A stretch of DNA of 64,000 nucleotides from an uncultured delta proteobacterium (GTDB taxonomy: Bacteria > Myxococcota_A > Polyangia > Fen-1088), in the NCBI GenBank assembly GCA_963767925.1, contig CAVYGB010000008.1:2208001-2272000 (forward strand), given 5' to 3'. Within the stretch, counting starts at the first letter, position 1. Every line of letters begins with the position of its first letter. Below the pieces are notes generated by a model. It was not told where the DNA came from. It made no database searches and saw only the letters and a program-made list of their open reading frames with translations. Below, one piece after another: positions 9,528 through 23,008 of the stretch. The translations under genes were made by a program, and so were the position numbers.

Positions 9528-12500
9528 CTAAGTCCGGGGCAAGCTGGCCAGCGCCTGGCGCAGGTCCGCGTTTTTGGGGTCGGTCTCCAGGCCCCGCTCG
9601 AAGAGGTTGCGGGCCTTGGGGACCTCGTTGGCCGCCAGGTGCAGGCGTCCGAGGGACAGGTAGACCTCGGCCTTGGTGATGCCTGCCGCCTTCTCGTCGA
9701 AGCTCTGCAGCAGCAGGGCCCGGAAGTAGCGGCGCGCCTTCTCGCTGTTGCCCTCGGCCAGGGCCAGCCGCCCCAGCGAGGCCACCACGGCCGGCTGGGC
9801 CGGGTCGAGCTGGTAGGCCGCCTCGAACCGCTGCAGGGCCGCCGCGTTGTCGCCCCGGCGCTCGGCCAGGCCGCCGAGCGCACGTTGCACGCGGGCCAGC
9901 GCCCGGTTCTGCTTGGCCTTGCCGAGCTTCTGGGCCAGCTCGAGCAGGATCTTCTCGGCCTCCTCGGTGCGGCCGGCGGCCGCCATGGCCGCCGCCAGAT
10001 CCTCCTGGACCTGGGGGTCGCCCCCGTCCTGGGCGGCCAGCTCCGAGAGGGCCGTCACCGCGCGGTCGGGCGCCGCCAGCGGCCCCCGATAGAGGGCGGC
10101 GATCTCGCTCAGGAGCGCCTTGCGATCGCTCGCCGGCGTGTGCTTGAGCCGCTGCTCGAGCAGCTTGACCAGCCGGGCCGAGTCGCCCTGCTTGCGCGCC
10201 CGCTCCTCCGCGGCCCGGGCCCCTTCGGGGTGGTCGGGATCGGCGTCGAGGGCCGCCCGCAGCGCGGTCTCCACCTCCGTGTCGGAGGCACCCTGCGCGG
10301 CGAGCACCCGGCTGCGCCGGAAGTGCACCTCCGCCCGATCACGGTTGGTCCCGGTGGCCCGGGCGGCCCGCTCGAGCACCGAGGCGGCCTCACCCCACTG
10401 CTCGTCCTGCTCGTGCAGGGCGGCCAGCGCCAGCAAGGCGCCGGCGTGGTCCTCCTTGCGGGCCAGGATCTTGTCCACCGACTCGCGGGCGCTCTGCTTG
10501 TCGCCCAGCCGCCGGCTCCAGATGTCGGCGATGGCCAGCCGGCTGGCCAGCTCGGCCTCCACGTCCTTGGCCCCCTCCAGGTTGGCCCGCCGCTCGTGCA
10601 GCTCGATCAGGTCGTACCAGCGCTCGTGCTGCTCGAGCAGGCGGGTGAGCCGGTCGGTGGCCCCCCGGTTGACCGGGTCGATGTCCAGGATCTGGTGCAG
10701 GTAGCTGGTGGCCCGCTCCACGTCCGTCAGGCGCTCCTCGGCGTTGCGAGCGAGCGCGAGCAGGGCGTCCACCTTCTCCCCACCCTCCGCGACGGACAGC
10801 CGGCGCAGCAGGACCTCCTCGAGCGCCGAGTAGTCCCCCCGCCCCTCCTCGAGCGCGGCCAGGGCGGCCAGCGCCGACCGATCGGCCGGCGAGATGTCGA
10901 GCACCTCACGGAAGGCCGCCGCGGCGCCGTCGTTGTCCTGCAGGGGGCCCCGCCGCAGCTCTCCGATCCGGAAGAACAGGGAGGCCCGCTCCTCCTTCAC
11001 CTCGCTCACCCGGGCCCGGTCCTCGAGGACCGCGACGAGCTGGGCGGTGTTGCCCTGCTGCTCGAGCAGCCGGGCCAGCTCGTCGAGCGCCTCGGTGTTG
11101 CCCTGATCGTCGTCCCGGATGGCCTGCCAGGCCGCGGTGGCGGAGGCCGCCTCCCCCAGGCCCTCGAACAGGCGCGCCGCCTCGGCGTAAAACGTCCGCC
11201 GGCGCTCCGACTCCATCTCGACCGCCCCCCGCTGCTCGAGCACCTTGGCCAGCTTCTCGTTCTCGTTGCGGCTGCGGTAGAGGTTCTCCAGGGCCTCCAG
11301 GGCCCGGCCGTTCTCCGCCTCCTCGACGAGGACCCGCCGGTACAGGCGCTCGGCCTCCGCGTGATAGGCGTTCTTGGGGGTGGCCGCCCGCTCGTACAGG
11401 GCGGCGGCGCGCAGGCTCAGCTCGACGAGCCCCCCACCTCCGGCCTGCTGATCGAGGGCCGCCTCCATGGCCCGGGCCGCGGCGATGGGCTGGTTCTGGG
11501 CCAGGGCCACCCGCTCGAGGGCCTCGGCCGTGTCGGGCACCGAGGGGTCCTCCTTGAGCGAATGCCCGAGCGCCTCGAGGGCCCGGGTGTGATCGCTCAG
11601 CTTGGTCTCGGCGATCTCGGCCACCCGCTTCCACCACATCCCCCGCTCGGGCCCCCCGCTCTCGAGCGCCACCCGCACCTGGTAAAGCGAGGCCAGCTCG
11701 GCGTAGTCGCCCCGGCTCTCGGCCAGCGGCTCGAGGATGTCGACCACCTCCCGGCGCAGCTCGACGTCGGACAGCAGGTCCCGCAGGGCGGAGAGCGCCT
11801 TGGGGTGGGTGGGCAGCCGCTCGAGGGCGTCCCGGAAGGCGGTGACCGACCCTTCGCGGTCGGCCAGCTTGCCCAGGCGCAGCTCACCGAGCGAGGCCAG
11901 CAAGGTGGCCTGCTGGGTGGCATCGTGGGTCACCTCCACCTCGCGCTCGAGCACCTCTTCGAGGTCCTTCCAGCGCCCCAGCTTCGTGAGCAGCACCTCC
12001 AGCCGGGCCAGCGCCGCGACCTCCTGGCCGGGCACGCTGGCAATCCGCCGCAGGAAATCTGCCGCCCGGCTCGAGTTGTCGAGCCGCTCCTCGTACAGGC
12101 CGGCGACCTGCCAGGCCAGGCTCTGCTCCAGCTCGGGGTCGATGCTCTGGGAGAGCTGGGCCTCGTACACCTCGGCCAGGCGGGCGTATTCGCCGCTGGC
12201 CGCCGCCAGGCGGTCGAGCGCCTCGCGGGGGACCGCCTCCCGGGGATCCTCGGCGAAGGCGGCGCTCCAGGCCTCGAAGGCCAGCCGGCTATCGCCCTGC
12301 TCCTTCTCCCGGATGCGCGCGATCTCGGTGAGGATCTCGATGCGCACGCCGGGCGTCTCCTCCACCTGGAGCCGGAGCTCGAGCAGCTCGACGAGCTGAG
12401 CCCACTCGCGCTGAGCCCGCAGCACCGGCTCGAGGGCGGCGACCGCCTGCAGCCGGAAGGCCTCGGCGCCGGCGATCCGCCAGAGGGCCTCCCGGGCGGT

Positions 12501-15500
12501 CTCGTGCCCCGGGCTGCGGGTGAGGATGTCCCGGTAGCGGGCGATGGCGCCGCTGGTGTCCCCCAGGCTCTCGACCAGGTCGGCGGCCCGGAAGGCGAGG
12601 ATGTCCTGCTCGGGGCCCTTGGCCCCCGCCACCCTCAGATCGAGGACCTCGAGCAGCTCGATGTGGAGCTGCTCGCGGGTGAAGATCCGGTCGAGCATGG
12701 CCAGGGCGTCCGGATCGCCGGGGTTGGCGTCGAGCACCGCCCGGAGCTGGCTGGCCGCCTCGTGGGGCTCTTCCAGCTTCTCCTCGTAGACCCGGGCGCT
12801 GAGGAAGCGCAGGTAGCGCAGCGACTGGCCGTCCCGGGCCAGCTCGATCTTGCGCTGGTAGATCTCGACGAGGTTGCGCCACTGGCTGGAGGCCACGTAA
12901 AGCCGGGCCAGGGCATCGAGCGCCTCCTCGTCGGAGTCGTCGATGTCGAGCACCCCCCGCCAGCCGTCGATGGCCTTGGCCGGGTTCTTGAGGGCGTCCT
13001 CGAACAGGACCGCCATGCGCTTGGTGAGGGCCTTGCGGCGCTCGGTGTCGCTGACGATCTCGAGGTGCTGCTCGAGCACCTCGGCCAGCTCGGTCTGCCG
13101 GCCGGCCTGGGCCAGCAAACGCTCCAGGGCGACGAACGACTCCTCGTCGTCGGGGCGGGCGGCGATGGCCGAGCGCCAGGCCTCGATGGCCCCCGGCGCG
13201 TCACCCAGCCGGGCCTCCCGGACCGAGGCGATCATCGACCAGAGCGCCGAGCAGAGGGCGGTGTCGGCGGCCCGTTCGGTGCCGCTGGTCAGGATCTCGA
13301 CCAGGGGCTGGTACAGGCGCCCGCTCGCCGCCAGCGGCTCCAGGGCGGCCAGGTTGCGGGTCGAGGAGACGTCCTCCAGCCAGGCTCGCCCCCGGGCGGC
13401 CAGCGCCCGGTCCAGCCGGCCGAGCCGCTCTTCCAGGCCCGCGATCTCGATTAGGACCTCGGCCCGCCGGTCCGAGTCGTCCTGGGTCTCCAGCGAGACC
13501 TCGAGCACGTCGGCCAGCCGGCGCCACTCCTGGGTGCGCCGGAAGTGGGGCTCGAGGATGCGCGCGGCCCGCACCCGCTGCTCGGGGTTCGAGAGCAGGC
13601 GCTCGAGAGCCCCCAGGGCCCCCGCGTGGCGGGGCATGCGCCCCAGGATCTCGCCGTAGCGCTCGACAGCCGCGTCGACGTCCTCGAGCTTTTGCTCCTC
13701 GACCTCGGCCAGCCGGAAGGCGATGCCGTTGAGGTCGCCGCCCATCTCGCTGACCTGCTCCAGCATCCACAGGAGGTGCTCGCGCAGGTCGGGCCAGCGC
13801 TCGTCGGCCCGCAGCAACGCCTCCAGGTCGGTGGCGGTGCGGGCGTCGCTGGCGTCGATGTCGAGCAGGCTGCGCAGGGTCGAGGCGGCCCGGCCCCGAT
13901 CGCCGAGGCTCTCGGCCGAGAGGGCCGCGCTCCGCCGCAGGTAGGGGATGCGGTCACCCGGCGAGGGGATGCGGGCGGCGTGCTCCTCCAGCAGATCGCG
14001 CAGCTCCTGCCAGGCCTCCCAGCGCTCGAGCGCCGTCTCGTAGAGGCGACAGGCCACGGCGTCGCCGGGCTGAGCCTCCACGTAGCGCCGGTAGTGCTTG
14101 CGGGCCGCCTCCCGGTCGCCCAGCCGCTCGTCGGCCACGATGGCGCACAGGCGCACCAGGGCCAGGACCTCGTCGCTGTTCGACGACTCCTGCTCGAGGT
14201 AGCGGGCGAACCAGTCGGCCACGTCGCGCCAGCGGTCCAGCTTCGGCGCCAGGCGCAGGAGCTGCTCCTGGGCGGTGCGGTCGAGCGGGGTCTCCCGGAA
14301 CAGGCGGCCGTACCAGCGAAAAGCCGCCTCCAGATCCTCGATCTGCTCCTCGTAGACCCGGGCGATCCGCTGGGTCAGGGCCAGGCGGCGCTGGGGATCT
14401 TCGCTGCGCTCGAGGCGCAGCTCATCGATGGCCACCAGCCGGCTCCAGGCGCTGCGGCGCACGTAGACCGGCTCGAGCAGATCGGCGGCGGCCACCTGGG
14501 TGTCGGGGTCGCTCACGAGCTGCTCGAGCTTCTGGATCGAGGGCTCGTGGTCCTGGTCGATCTGCAGGGCCGCGCTGATGTGCACGATGGCCTGCTGGCG
14601 GTCGCCCAGCTCGCCGAGGTGGATCTCGGCCAGGCGGTGGTGCAGCTCCACCGCGTCCTTGCTGGGCAGCCCCCGGGCGAGCTGCCGATCGAGCAGACCA
14701 ACCAGATCCCGCCACTGGCGGGACTCGCCGTACAGGCGATCGAGGGCGGTGTAGGCCTCCTCGTCGCCCGGCTTCAGGGCGAGGACCCGCTCGTAGGCCG
14801 CGACGGCGTCCTCGCGGTTGCCCAGGGTCACGGCCAGGGCCCCGATCTGCAGGCGCAGGGGGGCCTCGCTGGCCGGGCTCTCGCGCAGCAGCTCCGAGCG
14901 CCGCTGCAAGACATCGAGCAGGGCCGGCTTGTCGTCGGCCTTGCGGTACAGCCGGTCGAGGGCCATCAGCGTGTCGCCGTCCTCGGGCGCGCGCTCGTGA
15001 ACCTTGCGGTGCCACTCGGTGGCCAGCGCGTCGTCGCCGACCTCCTCGGCCCGCCGGGCCAGGGTGCGGGCCAGGCGCAGGCGGACGCCGTCGTCGAAGA
15101 TGTCCCCTTCGATCAACCGGTAGAGGTCGATCACCCGCCGGGCGCTGTCGCCGGCCGCGTCGCTGAGCCGCTCGTAGGCGTCGAGCAGCTCGCCGAGCTG
15201 GGGCTCGCCGAGCCCATCGAGGATGGCCGAGCCGTACGACTCCAGGGCCGCCGGGGAATCTCCCAGCCGCTCTTCCTGCAGGCGGGCCAGGCGGACCCGA
15301 TGGTTCATGCGGGCCCGGGGGTCCTCGTCGGTGGCGATGTAGAGCTCGACCAGCCCGGCCAGCTTGGCCCACTGGCTGGCCCGCTCGTAGAGCGGCTCGA
15401 GCACCTGGGCCGCCACCAGGCTGAGGGGATCGTCGGGGCGGGCGAGGTGGGCCTCCATCCGCTCGAGGGCCAGGGCGTCGGTGGGCTGGAGGTTGAGCAC

Positions 15501-18500
15501 CTCGTGCCAGCGATCGAGGGCGTCCTGCGGGCGGGCCAGGGGGCCTTCGAGGAGCTGGGCCATCCCCTGCAGGATGTCCACCCGCGCCTCCGCCCCGGTG
15601 GCGAGCTGCAGCCGGCGCTCGAGCACCTCCAGCCGCTCGGGGACGGCGCCCTTGCGCTCGTAGAGCGAGGCCAGCATCTCGAGGGCGGGCACGTTGTCCG
15701 GGTTCTCGTCGAGGATCGCCAGCGCGGTGGAGATGGCCTCGTCGACGTCCTCGAGATCGCGCTCGAGGATGACGGCCATGCGGAAGCGCAGCGCGCGGCG
15801 GCTGTCGGCGTCGCTCGACAGCTCCAGCCGGCGGCGCATGATGTCGATGCGCTCGCGCTGCTGCCCCAGCCGTTCGTAGAGGCGCTCGAGCTCGGCCAGG
15901 GTGGCCAGATCCTCGTCGTTGGCCTCGAGCAGCGAGCGGTAGGTGGTCACCGCGGCCGGCAGATCACCGAGGGACTTCTCCTCGATCTCGGCCACCCGGC
16001 GCAGGATCTCCATGCGCTCGCGGTCGTCGCTGGCCCAGTCGGCCTTCATCCGCAGGATGTCGACGAACCCCCGGAACTCGGCGATCTGGGCGTAGAGGAT
16101 CTCCAGGGCGTCGGCCGCCGGGCGCACGGTGTCGGCGTTCGACGAGTCGAGCTCGAGGATGCGCCGCCAGGTGCGGATGGCCGCCTCCCGATCTCCCAGC
16201 AGCGAGACCTGCAGCTTGGCGGCGCGGGTGAGCAGCTCGACCGCCGCCCCCAGGTGGGTGCCGGCGTTCTTGGCCGCCAGCTCCTCGTAGAGCGGGATGA
16301 GCTCGGCCTGCTTGCGGAGCTTGCCGGCGAGGCGCTCGACCTCGGCCAGGGCCGACAGGTTGTCGGGCTCGATGGCCAGGACGCGCCGCCAGGTCTTCGA
16401 GGCGGCCGTGTCGTCGCCGAGGCGGGTCTCCTCGAGGGCGGCGATCCGCCCCAGCAGCGCGGTGGCGGACATGCCCTCCCGCGACTCGATCTGGGCCTCC
16501 AGCACGCCCACCAGCTTGGTCCAGTCGCCGTTGCGCTCGTAGAGCGGCTCCAGGATGGCGGCGGTCCGCTGCCGGTGCTCGGGCAGGGGCAAGATGCGCC
16601 TCGAGCAACACGCGGGCCTCGCGCGTGCCCGGGCGCTGCGAGACCACCTCCTCGAGCAGGTCGAGGGCGCTCGAGGTCCGGCCGAGCTTCTCGTGGGCCA
16701 GCTCGGCCCGCCGGTACATCATCACGGCGGCGTCTTCGGGCGAGACCAGGGCCTGCTCCCGCTCGAGCAGGGTCTCCAGCTCCTTCCAGCCCTGGGCCGC
16801 GGCGTAGTGCTTCTCGAGGGCGCGGTAGGCCTTGAGGTCGTGCCGATCGACCTCGGTGATCTGCTGCAGGGTCGCGATGGCGTGGTGCCGATCTTCGACC
16901 AGGGCCTCGTCGATCTCGGCGATCTGCCAGAGCAGGGTGAGCCGCTCCTTGGGCTCGGGCAGGTTCTCCTGGCGCACCTCCAGCAGGTGGCGCAGATCGA
17001 TCCAGCGCTCGGCGTCGCGGTACAGGCGGGTCAGCGAGCGGTAGGCCCCGAAGTGCAGGGGGTCGAGGGCCAGGATCTCCAGATACACCCGCTCGGCCTC
17101 GGCCCCGCCGCCCGGCCGCTTCTCGTCGATCTCGGCCTGGTAGGCCAGCAGCTCACGCCGGAAGCCGCTCTCGTCGACCCGCTCGAGCACGCGGCGCACG
17201 GCCCCCAGCAGGTCCTCGAGCCCCTGGGCCTCGGGGGCCATGGCGAGCAGCCGCTCGCGGATCGAGGGGTCGTGGGGCTCGAGCTCGAAGATGCGGATGG
17301 CGGTGAGGAAGGCCGCCCTCGTGTCGTTGAGGGGGCCGGAGTGGAGGTCGACGAGGGTGCGCAGGTGGCCGAGGCGGTCGGCGGCCGACATCCGCTCGAC
17401 CAGCATCTCGAGGGCCTGGGCCCACTTCTTGTACTCCTCCTTGAGCTCGAAGTACGGGATGAGCCGGGTGACCACGTCGGACACCGCCGCCTCGTCGATG
17501 ACCTTGGACTCGAGCAGGCGCTCGAGCCCCGCCACCGCCTCCGGACAAACGGGGTCCATGTCGAGCGCCTCGATGTAGGCGGCCCGGGCCCGGTCGGGAT
17601 CGACGAGGGCGGTCTCGTGGAGCTGGGCGAGCCGGAGGATCGCCGACAGGGGATCGTTGGTCAGGCGATCGTCGATCTGCTTGCGGACGATCTCGGCCAC
17701 CGTACGCATGTCCCCGGTGGTCTCGGAGACGCGGGCCAGGGCGGTCAGCGCCTTGGCGTTGCGGGAGTCCTGCTCGAGGATGGTGCGCAGGGTGCGGCTG
17801 GCGGCCGGGAGATCCTTGAGCTCCTCCTCCTCGGCCTTGGCGATGCGGAACCTCAGCTCGGTCTTCTTGCTCCGGTCCTCGTAACGGGCCTCCCGCCGCC
17901 GCCAGATCTCGACCAGGCCGCCCCACTCCTTGCGCTCCTCGAGGATGCGGGCCAGCGCCCGCTCGGCCTCCTCGTCATCGGACAAGATGGCCAGGATCTG
18001 CTCGGAGCAGCGGCGGGCCTCCTCGACCCGGCCCAGGCGGGTGACGTAAACCCGCAGCAGCCGGCGCAGCACATCGACCCGTTCCTGCTCGCCCTCGATG
18101 CCGGCCGACAGGCGCCGGGTCAACAGCTCGGCGTAGGCCGCCCACTCGTCGGCGTCGCGGGCCAGCCGCTCGAGATCGGAGGCCACCCCCACGTCGATCG
18201 GCGCCAGGACGTAGGCCCGCGCGCACCACTGGAAGGCCACCGTGCGCGAGCCCAGCTTGTCCTCGCAGACCAGGCGGGCGTCGGCCAGCAGGCTGAGCCG
18301 CTCGGGCAAGGTCAAGGGCGCCTCGTCGGGATCGGTCACGTCGGGATCGGCGGGCGCGTCGAGCATCGACTCGTAGAGCGCCAGCAGCCGCCCCCAGCGC
18401 TCGGTCTCGCGGTAGAGCCGCATCAACATCCAGGCGGTGGCCCGGCTGCGGGGCCGCAGCGAGAGGATCCGCTCGTAGGCCTTGGTGGCCCGTTCGGGTT

Positions 18501-20765
18501 GCCCCAGGTCGTGCTCCGCCACCTCGGCGGCCCGGGTCAGCAGCTTGATCTGGGTGGGGACGTCGGTGGCCCGCTCCGCCACCACCGAGAGCGCCTCGTA
18601 GAGCTCCTCCCAGGATCCCCGGTCGGCGTAGAGCGCCTCCAGGGCGGCGAAGTTTCCGGTGAGGGCGTGGATCTCGCGCAGCGCGCGCAGCACCCGGGGG
18701 TTGTCCGGCTCGGCGGCGTGGACCTTGCGCAAGGTGGCCTCCGCCGCGGCGGTGGCCCCCAGCTTCTCCATGAGGACGATGCCCCGCCGCTCGAGCAGCT
18801 CGCTGCCGTTGGGGGTGTCCTCGCCCGCCACCACCGCCTGGCGGCCCAGGATCTCGGCGAGGGCCGCCCAGCGCCCCTCCTTGTCGTAGAGCTTCGCCAG
18901 GGCGGCCAGGGCTACCGGGTCGCGGGGCAAGATCTCGAGGACCTCGTTCTGCAGGCCGATCGCCTCGCGGGGGCTGCCCAGGCGGTCGGCGGCGATCTCG
19001 GCCATCGCCGCGAGCTGGGCGGCGTGCTGGGCCCGGGGCAGCAGCTTGAGCTCCCGCCGCAGCAGATCGAGCAGGGGCCGCCAGGAGCGGCCCCGGGTGT
19101 AGATCTCCCGCAGGCGCCGGCGGGCGGTCTCCTCGCCCGGCTCGATCTCGAGGATCTTCTCGAGCGCGCCCACCGCGTTCTGCTGCTTGGCCAGCTTGTC
19201 GGTCCAGAGCACGGCGATGCGGTGGTAGAGGCGAGTCCGCTCCGCCTTGTCGGTGGTGACGGTGGCCTGCCGTTGCAGGACGTCGATCAGGTCGGCCCAG
19301 CGACCATGGACCTCGTGGCGCTCGGCCAGGGCCTTCAGGGCCTCGGGGTGATCCGGGCGCAGCGACAGGATGGCGGCGAAGGTGTTGGTCACCATCACGT
19401 CGAGGCGGAGCCGATCCCGATAGATGGGGATCATCTCGAGGTAGCGGGCGATCTTCTCGTCGACCGCCTCCTTGGGCAGCGCCTCGAGGTCGTCCTTGAG
19501 CATCTCGAGCAGCGCGTTCCACTTCTCGGTCTTCGTGTAGAGCCGCCGCAGGGCCGCCACCGCTTCTGGCAGACCGGGCTGCAGGCGCAGCAGGCTCTTC
19601 CAGACGTCGATGGCCTTCTCTGCCGACTGGGGCCGCTGCTCGGCGAGCAGGGCCATCTCGATGCCGATACGCACCCGTTTGTCCGGGTCGGTCTCGGCCC
19701 GCTGGGACTGGGCCAGCAGGGCCAGGAGCTGGGGCGTCTCCCCCCGGCGGGTGTGGTAGTCCCGGTAGAACTCCATCAGCACCGGATGGGTGGGCTCGGC
19801 CTTTCGGATCCGGCGAAAGTACAGCTCCGCCTGATCCAGGGTGTCGAGCTTGCGCCAGGTGACGGTGGCGAGCGGCACCAGGATGGCCAGCTCGCCCTGG
19901 CCCGCGTTTTGTCACCCGCAGGGCGCTCTCGTAGACCTTGGCCAGCTCGCTCCAGTTCTCCTCCTGGGCCAGCGCCGCCACCACCCGGTGCAGGGCCCGT
20001 GGCTCGGCGGGGCTGGCGGTGAGGGCGCGCTTGAAGTGATCGAGCGCCTCCTCCTCCCGGCCCCGCTCGAGGGCCACCTCACCCGCGAGCACCTCGGCCA
20101 GCGCGCGTTCTTCGTTGTTCACCGCGGTGGCGATGCGCCGCAGGTAGAGCGCGGCCAGGTCCTCGGTCCGGCCGGCGTTCCGGTAGTGCCGCTCGAGGAG
20201 CTGCTCGGCGCGCTTCTGGCGGGGGTCGATCTCGAGGGCGCGCGCCAGGAGGGTCTCGCCCTCCTTGGATTCGGGGCGGTACTTAAGATAGAGCTCACCC
20301 GCCACCGCGTAAGTGGGGCGCCGCCGCCGGGCGACCGCCGCCGTCCTTGCCGTTTTTCACCCGGGTCTGGGCGGTCTTCTCCCACTCCGCCGACTCGTCC
20401 TGCAGCCGGCGCAGCAGCTCGCCGGCGGCGACGTGGCCATGGGCCAGATCGAGGGCCTCGCGCAGACATTCGATGGCCTGATCGGCCCGGGCAAATTCGT
20501 GGAACAGGAGGCGGGCTTTTTCCACCAGCAGGTCGGCGCGCACCCGCTTGTCGGTGGTGACGGCCAGCTCCCGGTCGACCAGCTCCAGGCACAGGTCGAC
20601 GTTGCCCCGCTCGGCGTGGAAGGTCCGGGCCGCGGCCAGGGCCGCCGCGAGCTTCACCTTGTCGACGTCGCCCGTCTCGGTGTGACGGGAGATGGCGGCT
20701 CGCGCGTCCTTGTTCTGCGGATCGAGCTCAAGCGTGGATAAGGCGGAAGAAACCTCGGTGTCCAT
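9528..20765 (-). CDS. Giant tetratricopeptide-repeat protein (~3,700 aa), AgmK-like; frameshifts near 16595, 19900 and 20305
   Basis: Continuous TPR-like helical repeats (AxxxYxxVLxxxP...ALxALERLY...WxxLxxxL) across ORFs 20295-20807, 17975-20305, 15964-19878 and 9528-16592. Confidence 0.85.
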
Positions 20766-21020
20766 AGTCTGCGGGTCCACTCCCTCGGGCTGGCCACAGC
20801 TAGCCACCGGGCCAAGCAGCCAAAAATGCTCATCGACTATAGACCTTCCGATAGTCGATTCAAATCGGGAATCAGGTGTCAGACCGGGACTTTGCAGCGG
20901 AGGCCTCGCCTGCTATGAGTCGGTGGGTGCGGGTCGGGCGACGTCCTTCCGGTTCGTCCTCGTCCCGTCCCCTGGGCCCCTGTCACTCGCTCCATCCCGC
21001 CCCGACCTGGAGGTTGCACC

Positions 21021-22018
21021 ATGGAATCGTGTCGCTTCGGTAGCGTCGGCCTGACCTGCGTCATGGCGGCGGGTTTCGCGCTCGGGGCCTGCGCGACCGA
21101 CAAGCCTGCCGCGCCTTCTCCCTGCTGCCAGCAGCCCGAGATCCCGGCCGGGGTGCCACCGTTCAAGATCGTCGCCGACGAGGCCAGCGGCTCGTCCGAC
21201 GGGCAGAAAGTGATCCTGCGCGCAGCCCTGCTTGCAGCCGGTGAAGCGGGAGGCGGTGTACCCGGTGCTCCACACCCTGTACCGCCACGCCATGAAGCGG
21301 GGGCCCTTCGAGCCGATCCATTTCATCGCCGACGTCTACCCGGCCGAGGCCGCGGCCGCGGCGGGCAGCGACTCCCAGGTGATCGCCCGGATATCGCGCG
21401 AGCAGTCGCAGATCGCGCCTCGCTGTGACAACCGGGTCCCCTACGACTTCGGCGAGCAGGTCGACCGCGCCTTCGCCGCCAGCCTCGCACGGGCCCCGGA
21501 AGAGAACCTCGACGACACCTGCCGCCTGGACCCGCCCAAGGCCCTCGCCCGCTTCGACGACACCTTCACCCACAAGCCGGCCTACAAGATAGACGCGTCG
21601 CGCCAGGCGGTGGAGGTGACCTTCCCCTACCTCGAGATGGGCAAGGACGAATACGTCGAGACCCTAAAGCTGACCTCGGCCCTCACTTACTGGATCGAGT
21701 TCGTCACCAGCCTGTTTCGACGGGTGCCGGACCTCAAGGAGGTAGGCTACGTCGGCCTGCATGGCGACGAGCCCGTCGTGCAAGATCACCGTGACCCGCG
21801 AGCAGTTCGAGCGAGAGCTTCGCCCGGCTGCAAGAAGACATCGCCGCCCACGCGGCGGTCACCTTCCAGGCGGTCGGCAGTGGCCGTTCCAGCGACAAGG
21901 CGGCCGAGCGGGAACAGGAGACGTTCCGGCTGAAGACCTACAGGAGGCGCTCGCCCTCCTGCCGAAGGCCCAGGTCAGCATCGCGCCCCGGCTCGCCCAG
22001 GGTCAGATTGGCAAGTGA
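21021..22018 (+). CDS. Hypothetical lipoprotein (frameshifted)
   Basis: Lipobox FALGAC; coding-like segments continue over several frames to TGA at 22018. Confidence 0.6.
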
Positions 22019-22072
22019 CCGCTCGTCGTCGCAGCAAGCCCGCGCCAGCGAGCCGATCCGATCAACCGCAGC

Positions 22073-22994
22073 ATGACAGGTAAGCCCGTGAGTCAGAACC
22101 GGTCCCAGAGCTATCGAATCGGCCTCGTTCAGATGCGGATGATCGGCCGATCCGCACGACAACCTCACCCGCGCCGTGGCGAAGGTGGAAGAGGCCGGAC
22201 GCAAGGGAGCCCAGGTGGTCTGTCTGCCCGAGCTGTACCGGTCACCCTACTTCTGCCAGCGCGAGGACCCCGATCTGTTCGACCTGGCCGAGTCGATCCC
22301 CGGTCCCAGCAGCGAGGCCATGTCGGCCGTCGCCCGGCGCGCGGGCGTGTCGGTGCTGGTGCCGGTGTTCGAGCGACGGGCGCCGGGCCTCTACCACAAC
22401 AGCGTGGTGGTGGTGGACCAGGACGGTGAGATGCGCGGGACCTACCGGAAGATGCACATCCCGGACGATCCCGCCTTCTACGAGAAGTATTACTTCACCC
22501 CCGGCGACCTCGGCTTTCGCGCCTTCGACGTCGCCGCCGGGCGCATCGGCACGCTCATCTGCTGGGACCAGTGGTACCCCGAGGGGGCCCGCCTGACCGC
22601 CCTGCAGGGGGCCGGCGTCCTGTTTTACCCGACCGCGATCGGCTGGCACCCCCACGAGAAAGCAGCAATACGGGGCGCGCCCAGCGCGACGCCTGGAAGA
22701 CCATCCAGCGCAGCCACGCCATCGCCAACGGGGTGTACGTGGCGGCGGTCAACCGGGTGGGGCACGAGCCGGGGACGGCCGGCTCGGCCGGGCTCGAGTT
22801 CTGGGGAACGCAGCTTCCTGTGCGACCCCTTCGGCATCGTGCTGGCGGAGGCCTCGGTCGACCAGGAGGAGATCCTGATCGGCGAGGTCGACCTCGCCCG
22901 CATCGAGGAGGTCCGGCGCAACTGGCCCTTCCTGCGCGACCGCCGCATCGACGCCTACCAGGGCATCGATCAGCGCTTCCTCGACCGCCGCTGA
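22073..22994 (+). CDS. aguB: N-carbamoylputrescine amidohydrolase (carbon-nitrogen hydrolase), frameshifted
   Basis: CLPELY, YRKMHIPDDPAFYEKYYFTPGD, LICWDQWYPE, WPFLRDRRIDAY; adjacent to agmatine deiminase. Confidence 0.88.
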
Positions 22995-23008
22995 AACAGG
23001 CTGACGGG

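Noticed and set aside
9639..20022. Very long + strand ORFs (1271, 1096 and 1155 aa) opposite the TPR gene, and similar antisense ORFs elsewhere
   Set aside because: Shadow ORFs caused by high-GC codon bias; no recognisable motifs
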